Positions 1 through 13,267 of a DNA stretch of 64,000 bases are shown piece after piece (positions within the stretch are counted from its first letter, which is position 1; every line of letters begins with the position of its first letter). The stretch is from Minisyncoccota bacterium (GTDB lineage Bacteria; Patescibacteriota; Minisyncoccia; Phycocordibacterales; DASSSU01): contig DASSSU010000029.1 in the NCBI GenBank assembly GCA_035708305.1, positions 576 to 64,575 on the forward strand, read 5' to 3'. The position numbers and the translations under genes were made by a program. The notes beneath the pieces are model-generated. The model saw only the letters and a program-made list of their open reading frames with translations. It did no database searches and was not told the origin of the DNA.

Positions 1-74
1 GGCGTGTGTGGAAGTCCGTCTGATCTGCTGAGAGAGGCCTTTGGGTTCTTTGTCTCCACCGACTTGCCGTGCTC

Positions 75-102
75 TTGACTTTTACGCAGGAAAAAATACT
101 AT
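75..102 (+). promoter_or_regulatory. sigma70-type promoter for rplJL
   Basis: TTGACT-16 nt-TACTAT upstream of the L10 leader. Confidence 0.6.
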
Positions 103-111
103 ATTCCTGAA

Positions 112-262
112 GCTGCGTAGAAAGCAGGTTCCAATTTTGCTCGCGAGCTTGCGAGTGAACTGCAAAATTGAGAATCCGCCTCAGGCGGATCAGGAGAATC
201 TATCGAGGTAGATCAGTAGATCAATTTTGAGAAATTGGAATAAACCCTGCCGAGTAGGTCGA
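112..262 (+). promoter_or_regulatory. Ribosomal protein L10 leader, interrupted by a palindromic insert
   Basis: GTAGAAAGCAGG ... TAAACCCTGCCGAG matches the two conserved halves of the L10 leader; lies directly upstream of rplJ. Confidence 0.6.
129..240. repeat. Multi-hairpin palindromic element with terminal inverted repeat
   Basis: TTCCAATTT...AAATTGGAA ends; internal hairpins include ATCCGCCTCAGGCGGAT (174-190). Confidence 0.7.
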
Positions 263-354
263 TCTTCTTTTTTGCCCGTTTCTTTTTTGGAAATGGCAAA
301 ATCGTGGCTTTTACCAGAAGCCATTTTTTTATGGCTGAATTCTCTTAAAACAAT

Positions 355-846
355 ATGGCAATTACCAGAGAAAAAAAAGAAGCAATTTCCAAGAAGCTTT
401 CTTCAATTGCAAAAAATTCTGATTCGATTGTTTTTGCAAACTTTCACGGTCTGAGCGTGGGAGCAACAACGAACCTTCGCCAGAGTCTTCGCGAAAACGG
501 CGTTTCGTATTATGTCGCCAAAAAGTCGCTCATCAAAAAAGCGTTTGATGCAGAAAACTTCAAGGGCGAGATGCCAGAACTTGAAGGCGAGATTGCAGTT
601 GCTTGGAGTGAGAATGATGCACTGGCACCTTCCCGAGAGATTTTCAACTTCTCTAAGAAACACAAAAAAACTTTTGCACTCGTTGGCGGTGTGTACGAAG
701 GAGAGTACAAAAGCAAAGAGATCATGACCGAAATCGCCTCGATTCCATCAATTGAAGTATTACGCGGAATGTTCGTGAACGTGATCAATTCTCCGATTCA
801 ACGCATGGCGATCGCGCTCGGTCAGATTGCAGAAAAGAAAGCATAA
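355..846 (+). CDS. rplJ: 50S ribosomal protein L10
   Basis: 163 aa with FHGLSV..LR..LRE..V.KKSL motif; upstream of rplL. Confidence 0.97.
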   Translation: MAITREKKEAISKKLSSIAKNSDSIVFANFHGLSVGATTNLRQSLRENGVSYYVAKKSLIKKAFDAENFKGEMPELEGEIAVAWSENDALAPSREIFNFSKKHKKTFALVGGVYEGEYKSKEIMTEIASIPSIEVLRGMFVNVINSPIQRMAIALGQIAEKKA

Positions 847-848
847 AT

Positions 849-897
849 TACTTTCTACTACTAACTACTAACTATTTACTACTAATTACTTACTAAC
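849..897. repeat. Degenerate heptamer tandem repeat (TACTAAC-like)
   Basis: tactaac tactaac tatttac tactaat tacttac fills the rplJ-rplL spacer. Confidence 0.7.
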
Positions 898-1386
898 ATG
901 GCAGAAGAAACAAAAACAAATGAAGAAGTAGCCGCATCTGCTCCTGAAACGGCAACCGAAGAGGCGAAAGAAGAAGTGAAAGCAGAAGCAGCTTCCGAAA
1001 CAGAAGAAATAGAAGTTCCGGCAAAGTTCAAAGAGATTGTGGAAAAAATCGAAGGAATGTCCGTGCTTGAACTCAACGAACTCGTGAAAGTATTCGAGAA
1101 GAAATTCGGCGTTTCTGCAACGGCTGTTGCAGCAGGTCCTGCAGCGGGTGGAGCTGGAGAAGAAGCAGAGGAAAAATCTTCTTTTGACGTTGAACTTACC
1201 GCAGCAGGTGATCAGAAGATCCAGGTGATCAAGGCGGTAAAGACGGCGCTTGGACTCGGACTCAAAGAAGCAAAAGACCTGGTTGAAGCCGCACCAGCCG
1301 TTCTGAAGGAGGGCGTGGCAAAAGCCGAAGCAGAAGAACTCAAAGCAGCAATTGAGGCAGCAGGAGGAAAAGTTACTCTCAAATAG
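898..1386 (+). CDS. rplL: 50S ribosomal protein L7/L12 with acidic N-terminal extension
   Basis: [18 protein letters not shown] and [17 protein letters not shown] motifs. Confidence 0.98.
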   Translation: MAEETKTNEEVAASAPETATEEAKEEVKAEAASETEEIEVPAKFKEIVEKIEGMSVLELNELVKVFEKKFGVSATAVAAGPAAGGAGEEAEEKSSFDVELTAAGDQKIQVIKAVKTALGLGLKEAKDLVEAAPAVLKEGVAKAEAEELKAAIEAAGGKVTLK

Positions 1387-1410
1387 TCTCTTTTTCTTGA
1401 AAGAACCTCA

Positions 1411-1443
1411 AGAAAAACCTCTTTTATCGGGGTTTTTCTTTTT
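1411..1443 (+). terminator. Intrinsic terminator
   Basis: GAAAAACCTC/GGGGTTTTTC stem followed by T-run. Confidence 0.6.
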
Positions 1444-1461
1444 GAGGAGAGCTATGATAAA

Positions 1462-2085
1462 ATGGCGTTCATGGAAATACTAGGAAAATTGCTTGGAAGC
1501 GTCTCGCGAGTAAAGATCATGCGTCTTTTTTTGTTTCATCCGCAGAAAGTTTTTTCTTATGAGGATGTGAAAAAAAGAACCAGGGTTACGCCTGCCACAT
1601 TTCGGAAGGAAATCAATCTCCTTTTAAAGGTGGGATTTTTGGAACAAAAAGAAATCCCGGCGGACGTTTTGTTGTCGGACGGGAAGAAGGTGCTCGCACG
1701 AAAGCCGAAAGTTGGTCTGAAGCTCTCGCCTGATTTTCCTTTTGCGGATCCATTTCGAACCATCCTTATCAATGCCGAGACGCTCAAGAAAGAAACGATC
1801 GCCAAGAGTCTTGAAGGGGTGGGAAAGCTCAAGCTCGTGATCCTCTCCGGAATTTTTATTGGCCGCGATGACAGCCGTGTGGATCTTTTTGTGGTGGGAA
1901 GCAAGATCAACAAAAAAGCATTTGAAAATTACATGCGTATCTTGGAATCGGAAATCGGAAAAGAACTGGCGTACTCGGTTTTGGAGACGGATGAATTTGC
2001 ATACCGCTACCAAGTGCACGACAAACTGGTCCGAGACGTCCTTGACTATCCGCACGAGAAGCTGCTTGACCGGCTCAACGTTTAG
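1462..2085 (+). CDS. Conserved CPR hypothetical protein (winged-HTH plus degenerate nucleotidyltransferase-like domain)
   Basis: LLGS..RVKIMRLF N-terminus; LSGIF..SRVDLFVVG C-terminal motif. Confidence 0.6.
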   Translation: MAFMEILGKLLGSVSRVKIMRLFLFHPQKVFSYEDVKKRTRVTPATFRKEINLLLKVGFLEQKEIPADVLLSDGKKVLARKPKVGLKLSPDFPFADPFRTILINAETLKKETIAKSLEGVGKLKLVILSGIFIGRDDSRVDLFVVGSKINKKAFENYMRILESEIGKELAYSVLETDEFAYRYQVHDKLVRDVLDYPHEKLLDRLNV

Positions 2086-2132
2086 CCGCTTTTTCTTCCT
2101 TCGGGCTTTCAAAAATGGAGAAGCTCAAAAAC

Positions 2133-2160
2133 TTGACCGATTCTATTTTTCCTTTATACT
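2133..2160 (+). promoter_or_regulatory. 16S rRNA promoter
   Basis: TTGACC-16-TATACT; boxA-like GATCTTTGAAAATTGAAT at 2201. Confidence 0.75.
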
Positions 2161-2330
2161 GTAGCCACACCTTGAAAAAGGGTGTTTTCTTTCAAGGGAA
2201 GATCTTTGAAAATTGAATAGGTGAATAGAAATAGAAGTGTAATAACAAGAGAAGGAGAGGCGTTCAGGTTTTTCTTTCTTTTGTTCCGTCGATGTTCGGG
2301 ATGTTTCATTGAAATGTTTCGAACAAAAAA

Positions 2331-3898
<1,568 letters not shown>

Positions 3899-4082
3899 AA
3901 TGGACACATTCTTCTTGCAAGGAAGAATTAAAACGATCGATCCATTCTGCATTTGTAGAGTGAGAGACATGGTTCAGTCTCAAAAAGAGCCGGGCATTCG
4001 GGAGAGACCGAAAACCAGACGGAACAAAAGAAAGAGAAACTTTGAAAGGCTATTCACATTCAATTTTCAAAATATGATTAAC

Positions 4083-4110
4083 AAAAACCGCTTCGGCGGT
4101 TTTTGTTTTG
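4083..4110 (+). terminator. Intrinsic terminator after 16S
   Basis: AAAAACCGC-TTCG-GCGGTTTTT. Confidence 0.8.
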
Positions 4111-4711
4111 GTGCAATTTCCTTTAAATGTTATAATGCCACCGGGTTTTCTTCAATGGATATTTTGAGAAGGATATTTGAAAGTGAACGGTGGTCATCTT
4201 GCTTATGGAGTTTCGATTTCGTTCGTGATTGGCACGATGCTCATGCTCATTCTTCTTGGTCGGTAGAAATCTTTTGGAGGGGAAAATGTTCCAGCGATTT
4301 TTTCGCTCTCAGTTTTTCCGTTCGTGTGTTCGGAATCCTGTTGAAATGATCACGTCAATTTTGCTGTGGTTGGCAGTGGTTTTTGTCGTTTATTTTTACC
4401 ACCATTGGTAAAAAATGGCCGCGAGATGTTTTCTCGCGGCCTTTCGTTTGACCTTTACTGGTGTTCTGGCCTTCTTTTGGAAGAATGTTTTCTCGATTTT
4501 TTTCCTCGAGGGTCTTGTGAGGGATTCCTTTTCTCTTTTTCTTTTTCCCGTTTATCACGATGTCTCTGAGACATGCATGGAGCTCCTAAAATGAAAAGTT
4601 CGCACTCTCTCACTGAGAGGCTCTTCTTTTGAGAGAACCCTGAGGAATTCTAATGAAAATCAGGTTAAAATACAAGTGAGAGCCCTCAGTGATGGCATTA
4701 TGAAGAAAAAC

Positions 4712-4739
4712 TTGACGGAATTTTTCTTTTCTATATAAT
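4712..4739 (+). promoter_or_regulatory. Independent promoter for 23S-5S
   Basis: TTGACG-16-TATAAT; boxA-like TTGAAAACTGAAT at 4863. Confidence 0.75.
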
Positions 4740-4972
4740 GCTAAATGTTCTGAATATGAAAAAGAAAGAAAGCTTTCCAAGGTGATACAGTCCACGCAGG
4801 TGGATCTTTGTGTATCGCCTCAGGCGATTTTTTTTTAGAAAACTGCCCGAACGGATCGAACGTTGAAAACTGAATTCTGCCACGGCAAAAATTACCTTTC
4901 GGGGTCTTTTCATTTGCCGGAGGCAGGCAGGTAAAAAATATTGTAAGAAAATTTTGTGGTTTTTTGACTTCC

Positions 4973-7955
<2,983 letters not shown>

Positions 7956-8047
7956 CGTCAGGACGCCACAAATTTTCTTATTTTATTTCCTGCAAATTCA
8001 GTTTTCATACACAAAACAAGCAGCACGAACAAGTATTCAGTATTTTG

Positions 8048-8154
8048 TTCTGGTGGTTTGGCGAAGGGGTCACACCCGATCCCATTCCGAACTCGGAAGT
8101 TAAGCCCTTCAGCGCCGATGGTAGTCGTAAGGCAAGAGTAGGTCGCCGCCAGAA
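8048..8154 (+). rRNA. rrf: 5S rRNA
   Basis: CCCGATCCCATTCCGAACTCGGAAGTTAAG core; TTCTGG/CCAGAA helix I with extended flanking stem. Confidence 0.97.
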
Positions 8155-8185
8155 CAAAATACTGAATCCAAGAACGTACTCCATC

Positions 8186-8212
8186 AAGCAAGCCTCACGG
8201 CTTGTTTTTTTG
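8186..8212 (+). terminator. Terminator after 5S
   Basis: AAGCAAGCC/GGCTTGTTT stem plus T-run. Confidence 0.65.
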
Positions 8213-8251
8213 TTTCCGTGAGTCTCTTTTTTGTGGTAGTATGCAAGGAAA

Positions 8252-10201
8252 ATGAACCAAAAATCTGAAAACATCCGAAATTTTTCTATTATCGCACACA
8301 TCGACCACGGGAAGTCCACGCTTGCGGATCGCATGCTGGAACTTACGAGTACCGTGGAGGATCGCAAAATGCAGGATCAGATGCTTGACACGATGGAGCT
8401 GGAGCGCGAGCGGGGGATTACCATCAAGATGCAGCCGGTACGCATGATTTACCGACCCTCGACATCTTCATCTGCGGCGTTGCGGGACCCCGCTGACTCA
8501 GGCACCGTATCAGTAAATACGTTTTCTTCGTCAGCTTCCCCGCGCCTTGCATCTGAAGCGCCGAAGGCCGATAAACAAGGAGAAGAGTATGTTTTGAATT
8601 TAATCGACACGCCGGGACACATCGACTTTTCGTATGAAGTTTCGCGGGCACTCAAAGCGGTGGAAGGTTCTATTCTTCTTGTGGATGCGACGAAGGGGGT
8701 GCAGGCGCAAACTCTCACCACCCTTGGAATGGCGCAAGAGCTCGGCAACACGATTATTCCGGTCGTTTCAAAGATTGACTCACCACTTGCGCGAACAGAA
8801 GAAGTGAAAAAAGAAATTGCAGAACTCCTGAAGTGTTCGGCTGCTGATGTTTTGGAGGTTTCCGGAAAAACCGGAGAAGGGGTGGAGCATTTGCTTGCCG
8901 AGATCGTGAAGCGGGTTGCGCCACCAAAGACGGAAGCTGAAGGGATGGAAAAAGCCGGACAGTCGAAAGCAAATACATCAGAAAAACTGAGGGCACTGGT
9001 TTTTGATTTTGAGTATTCCAATCATCGCGGCATTGTCCTTTATGTCCGTATTTTTGACGGCTCAGTCAAAAAGGGTGCGAATCTTTTTCTTTCGCAGGCA
9101 AAAGCACGCTTCATTTCCGGGGAAGTGGGGATTTTTCATCCCAACCAAGTGCCGACGGAAAAGCTCTCGGCCGGTGAAATTGGCTACATCGTGACGGGGG
9201 TGAAAAGTCCGGGAATTGCGAATGTCGGGGATACCGTGGTGGATTTTGGCAGCTCACTTCCGCCTCTTTTGGGGTACGAGGAGCCACGGCCGGTGGTGTG
9301 GGCGTCGGTGTACCCAGAAAGTCAGGACGACTTCAACGAGCTCAAACAGGCACTTTTGAAACTCAAGCTCTCCGACTCTTCGCTGACATTTGAAGAAGAA
9401 GCTTCGGGAACACTTGGACGTGGATATCGCTGCGGTTTTCTTGGAATGCTGCATTTGGAGATCGTGACGGAGCGCTTGCATCGGGAGTTTGGTCTGGAGC
9501 TGATCGTTGCCACGCCGTCGATCACGTATGAAGTAGAATACAAGGGAGGGCGAAAAGAAATGGTCTACTCGCCGACGCTTTTTCCTGATCATGGCACATA
9601 TGAACGCGTTTTGGAGCCGTGGGTCAAAGTGAAGATTTTTACGCCGATGGATACCCTTGGGCAGGTGCTTCAGCTTCTGTATCAGCATGAAGCGGAAACG
9701 GGAAAGACGGACGTTTTTGGAGAAGATACAGCAGAAGTGGAAGCCAGCATGCCACTTCGCGAACTCATGCGAAATTTTTTTGACGAGCTCAAAAGCGTGA
9801 CCAGTGGGTATGCATCGCTTTCGTACCGAGATGAAGGCTTCCGGGAGGCACATGTGGCGCGTTTGGATTTGCTGGTGGCGGAAGAACCGGTTCCGGCATT
9901 TTCGCGCGTGATCTCGGAGCGGCAGGTAGAAGAAGAAGCAGTGGACGCGGTGACAAAGCTTCATGAAATTCTTCCCAAACAGCTCTTTACGGTAAAAATC
10001 CAAGGGAAAGCAATGGGACGAATCATTTCATCCAAAACACTCCAAGCGATGCGGAAAGACGTGACCGCGAAGCTCTACGGTGGAGACGTCACGCGCAAAC
10101 GAAAGCTTCTGGAAAAACAGAAAAAGGGAAAGAAGCGAATGAAAAGCGGCGGGAAAGTGAATATTCCGTCTGCTGTCTTTCTCAAAATGATGAAGAAATA
10201 A
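8252..10201 (+). CDS. lepA: Elongation factor 4 (LepA) with an in-frame insertion of about 40 aa
   Basis: IRNFSIIAHIDHGKSTLADR, GFLGMLHLE and KDVTAKLYGGDVTRKRKLLEKQK motifs. Confidence 0.98.
   Translation: MNQKSENIRNFSIIAHIDHGKSTLADRMLELTSTVEDRKMQDQMLDTMELERERGITIKMQPVRMIYRPSTSSSAALRDPADSGTVSVNTFSSSASPRLASEAPKADKQGEEYVLNLIDTPGHIDFSYEVSRALKAVEGSILLVDATKGVQAQTLTTLGMAQELGNTIIPVVSKIDSPLARTEEVKKEIAELLKCSAADVLEVSGKTGEGVEHLLAEIVKRVAPPKTEAEGMEKAGQSKANTSEKLRALVFDFEYSNHRGIVLYVRIFDGSVKKGANLFLSQAKARFISGEVGIFHPNQVPTEKLSAGEIGYIVTGVKSPGIANVGDTVVDFGSSLPPLLGYEEPRPVVWASVYPESQDDFNELKQALLKLKLSDSSLTFEEEASGTLGRGYRCGFLGMLHLEIVTERLHREFGLELIVATPSITYEVEYKGGRKEMVYSPTLFPDHGTYERVLEPWVKVKIFTPMDTLGQVLQLLYQHEAETGKTDVFGEDTAEVEASMPLRELMRNFFDELKSVTSGYASLSYRDEGFREAHVARLDLLVAEEPVPAFSRVISERQVEEEAVDAVTKLHEILPKQLFTVKIQGKAMGRIISSKTLQAMRKDVTAKLYGGDVTRKRKLLEKQKKGKKRMKSGGKVNIPSAVFLKMMKK
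8452..8572. repeat. Palindromic element inserted in-frame in lepA
   Basis: Nested stems GCGGG/CCCGC, GCTGAC/GTCAGC, CGTAT/ATACG; junction motifs GTTGCG...CGCGCCT shared with element 31036-31163. Confidence 0.8.
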
Positions 10202-10335
10202 AATTCCCAAATTGAGCGATTTTCATTGTCAAAAGTTTTGGATTGTTTGTTGTTCCTGAGGGCTTTGAAAATAGATTGACGAAGGTATTTTTTTATACTA
10301 AACTATCGCCGGTTCGCAAAACGGAGGAATTCTCC

Positions 10336-10533
10336 ATGAACATCCTCTTTGAAGTACTTATAGCAATTGGAGTTTCGTTTTTCTTGGTAGCGGTGTTTGG
10401 TTTCCTTTTTAGGAAAGACGAACGCAAGTACATTTATTGTGCAGCAGGGTGCGGTGAGCTATGTCATCACAAAGACCTTCACGGAGGGTTCTGTAGGAAC
10501 TGTGCCTTAACGTTCTATAACTATAAGAAGTAG
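10336..10533 (+). CDS. Small orphan protein: TM helix plus Cys-rich (Zn-finger-like) tail
   Basis: TTGACG-17-TAAACT promoter, GGAGG SD, CxxxCxxxC...CxxC, own terminator 10563-10590. Confidence 0.6.
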   Translation: MNILFEVLIAIGVSFFLVAVFGFLFRKDERKYIYCAAGCGELCHHKDLHGGFCRNCALTFYNYKK

Positions 10534-10622
10534 AGTTTCTTCTTGTGAAGAGAAGAACAACCAAAGCCCCGCAATTTTGGCGGGGCTTTTATTTTATTAA
10601 AAATAACCAGAATGTGTATCGG

Positions 10623-10693
10623 TGCGGCTAGGGAGAATCGAACTCCCATCTGTTGCTTGGGAAGCAACCATTCTACCACTAAACTATAGCCGC
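10623..10693 (-). tRNA. tRNA-Gly(CCC)
   Basis: GCGGCTA acceptor stem, GTTGC-TTCCCAA-GCAAC anticodon arm, GTTCGATTC T-loop. Confidence 0.95.
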
Positions 10694-10703
10694 TTGAATT
10701 TGT

Positions 10704-11093
10704 CTATCGGAAAACGGAAAGAAAGCTTTTCCACCAGCTCTCTTTTTTGGGCGTCTCCTCGGGAGTGTTGGTGGCGGTCTTCTGGTCAACCAAGACTAGC
10801 ACATGCTCGCCGTCTTTGGCAACCATAAACTTTTTGCGAAGCTCGGCTTCTACGCCGCTTTTGGATTGCAAGTTGGTGATTTTTTGTTCAAGATCGTTCT
10901 GTTGTTGTGCGACACTGGCGAACTTTGCGGACGCGGCAAGCATTTTTTCTTTCGTATCCTGGTAATGCTCGTACATGTGCCAAACGACAGAAGTCATAAA
11001 AATGACAGCAAAAACCAGAAAAACGCCGGTGAATTTCGAAAAAAGCACTTTTTTCCACCCTGTTCGTTTTTGGCGATTTTGCAAACTTCGCAT
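10704..11093 (-). CDS. Septum formation initiator (FtsB/DivIC family)
   Basis: TM helix plus coiled coil plus GVEAELRKKFMVAKDGE motif. Confidence 0.8.
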   Translation of the reverse strand: MRSLQNRQKRTGWKKVLFSKFTGVFLVFAVIFMTSVVWHMYEHYQDTKEKMLAASAKFASVAQQQNDLEQKITNLQSKSGVEAELRKKFMVAKDGEHVLVLVDQKTATNTPEETPKKESWWKSFLSVFR

Positions 11094-11112
11094 ACTTGGT
11101 TATTATATCAGC

Positions 11113-11229
11113 ATGTCGATGAATAAAAAAACCAAGGAAAAAATGTTCCGGATCTTTGCGGGAGTGATTGTCGTTCTTACGGTTTTGAGCATGCTGCTGC
11201 TCTATGCACCAGTATTTGGCAGGATGTAG
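11113..11229 (+). CDS. Small single-TM membrane peptide (38 aa)
   Basis: MSMNKKTKEKMFRIFAGVIVVLTVLSMLLL; -10-like TATTAT 6 nt upstream. Confidence 0.5.
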   Translation: MSMNKKTKEKMFRIFAGVIVVLTVLSMLLLYAPVFGRM

Positions 11230-11309
11230 AAGGTTCGGAAACGAGAAATATGCGAAATAAAAAACCAAGCCGCTGCATTGCAACGGCTTGGATAGGTTCT
11301 GGTCGTTTT

Positions 11310-11519
11310 TTAGCCCCTTCTTCTGGATCGGGAAACGGGGATGGAATGCATCCCACCGATCGCCAAAAAAAGAAACAGGGCAGTGCTGGCCAACGCCAGT
11401 GCAATCGCAAAGTACAAGGTAGCTTCTCGAGAGTTGTAAAGCCAGCTCTCTAAGCCTGAAAGGATGGAAATCAAAGACAAAATGGAGGAAAACATGGCGG
11501 CACAAAAAAGCTTATTCAT
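11310..11519 (-). CDS. Small orphan two-TM protein
   Basis: TTGACA-16-TACACT promoter, AAGGAG SD, downstream hairpin at about 11265-11292. Confidence 0.55.
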   Translation of the reverse strand: MNKLFCAAMFSSILSLISILSGLESWLYNSREATLYFAIALALASTALFLFLAIGGMHSIPVSRSRRRG

Positions 11520-11631
11520 GAGTCTCTCCTTCTTGTTGATTACAGTGAAAAGTGTAACATATTTAAAATTTTTGTCAAGTTATTTCAAAAAATGCCTTTC
11601 TGAACATGCCGATTTGTGTTAAAATCTTAAA

Positions 11632-12039
11632 ATGTATTTGCTTGCGAAATGGCTTATTGCCGCTTTAGCACTTCTTCTCGCTTCCGCATTGGTGCCGGGA
11701 ATCACGATTTCTTCGCTCTATGTGGCGCTTGTCGTGGCGTTGGTGCTCGGTTTTTTGAACGCCATCGTTCGTCCGGTACTCATCCTTCTCACATTGCCGA
11801 TCAACATTCTCACGCTCGGGCTTTTTACGCTTGTTTTAAATGGACTGATCTTCTGGTTCGTTGCCAGCTTTGTGCAAGGTTTTGAAGTTCATGGATTTTT
11901 CACGGCGATTGTGGGTGCACTTTTCGTCTCGGTGGTAAGCTGGGCGGGGAATCAGCTGCTCAAGGGACACCACTCCGGTTCGCATCAAAAAAAAAGTGAG
12001 TCTTTCTATCATGTCGATAAAATTGTAAAGCCGGATTAA
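11632..12039 (+). CDS. YvlD / phage holin family 4 membrane protein
   Basis: LNAIVRPVLILLTLPINILTLGLF motif. Confidence 0.9.
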   Translation: MYLLAKWLIAALALLLASALVPGITISSLYVALVVALVLGFLNAIVRPVLILLTLPINILTLGLFTLVLNGLIFWFVASFVQGFEVHGFFTAIVGALFVSVVSWAGNQLLKGHHSGSHQKKSESFYHVDKIVKPD

Positions 12040-12111
12040 TAGCGTTTTTATTTTTATGGGCGCGGCGGAATTTTAAAAAAATCAAAATTAGCAGAAGTAA
12101 TAGAAAACAAC

Positions 12112-13002
12112 ATGGAAACATCAAGAAAAATGAGGGTGATTACGCACAGCGGGCCTTTTCATACGGACGATGTATTTGCTGTCGCCTCGCTTGACCTGTT
12201 GCTTCAGGGGGATTATGAGTTAGTCCGAACTCGTGATCCGGAAGTGATCAAAACTGGAGATTTTGTTTTGGATGTCGGCGGGGTGTACGATCCGGAAAAA
12301 AATCTTTTTGATCACCATCAGGAAGGCGGCGCCGGAGAGCGGGATGGGATCCCGTACTCTTCACTTGGTTTAGTGTGGAAAAAATACGGGGCGGAAATTT
12401 GCCGTTCTCCAGAGGTAGCAAGAGAAATAGAAGACAAGCTTGTGTTGGCAACTGATGCGACGGATTGCGGGGTGGACATCATTCCCAAAAACGACCTCGG
12501 GGTGCACGTTCCACATATGTACGATGTGATCAAATCTTTCCGCCCTTCATGGAAAGAAGAGAAAAGTTTCGATGAAGGTTTTCAGGAAGCGCTTGCTTTT
12601 GCTAAGGGGTATCTTACGCGGAGTATTTTCTTGGCTCATACACTTTTGGAATCAAAAGAGAAAGTTTTGAGAGCGTATGAACAAGCTTCGGATAAACGGA
12701 TCGTGGTTTTTGAAAAATTTTACCCAAGCTTGGATGCACTCGAGAATTTTCCAGAAGTACTATATGTGGTGTATCCGTATTCTGGGAACCAGCATTGGGT
12801 TGCCCGGGCGTTTCGTAGCGAACGAGACAGTTTCAGGAATCGCAAAGATTTTCCAAAAGCATGGGCAGGAAAGACGAACGAAGAGCTTGCAAAAATTTCC
12901 GGTGTTTCAGACGCGATGTTTTGCCACAATGGTGTTTGGATCTGCTCGGCACGATCGAAGGAGGGGGCAATAGCACTGGCTACCCTCGCCGCTGACGCGT
13001 AA
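12112..13002 (+). CDS. MYG1-family hydrolase/exonuclease
   Basis: THSGPFHTDD, RTRD, DVGGVYDP..FDHHQ and FCH motifs. Confidence 0.92.
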   Translation: METSRKMRVITHSGPFHTDDVFAVASLDLLLQGDYELVRTRDPEVIKTGDFVLDVGGVYDPEKNLFDHHQEGGAGERDGIPYSSLGLVWKKYGAEICRSPEVAREIEDKLVLATDATDCGVDIIPKNDLGVHVPHMYDVIKSFRPSWKEEKSFDEGFQEALAFAKGYLTRSIFLAHTLLESKEKVLRAYEQASDKRIVVFEKFYPSLDALENFPEVLYVVYPYSGNQHWVARAFRSERDSFRNRKDFPKAWAGKTNEELAKISGVSDAMFCHNGVWICSARSKEGAIALATLAADA

Positions 13003-13117
13003 AAACGTTCATTTCTGGCACATTTCATCTTTTATTTTTGAATTCATCTGCCTGAGGCAGACTCACTTCGCAATTCCAAAAATAAACGCGAACTGCACTC
13101 AGAAATGAACGTTTTTA
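13000..13117. repeat. 118-bp palindromic element with 18-bp perfect terminal inverted repeats
   Basis: TAAAAACGTTCATTTCTG/CAGAAATGAACGTTTTTA; apical TTCATCTGCCTGAGGCAGACTCAC identical to 29869-29892. Confidence 0.9.
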
Positions 13118-13156
13118 TTTTTCAATACACTGGATGGGTTTTTTGGGAAAAACGTA

Positions 13157-13215
13157 TTTTTACAAAAGGCACTGTCCCAAGGATGCTCGTCTGGTCTTGT
13201 GTCTTTTGTGAAGAA
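13157..13215. repeat. Hairpin element with CCAAG-nnn-GCTC-nnn-YGGTCTT core
   Basis: Stem TTTACAAAAGGCAC/GTGTCTTTTGTGAA; core repeated at 46187-46208. Confidence 0.6.
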
Positions 13216-13267
13216 GTTTCTGGGAGGATATGGCTCTTTTTTGTAAATTGAGATAAGATATTTTCAA

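Noticed and set aside
1-72. GC-richer stretch at the window start as an ncRNA
   Set aside because: Truncated by the window edge with no recognisable motif.
11632-12039. Holin as a sign of prophage
   Set aside because: The YvlD family is a common chromosomal membrane protein and there is no phage context.
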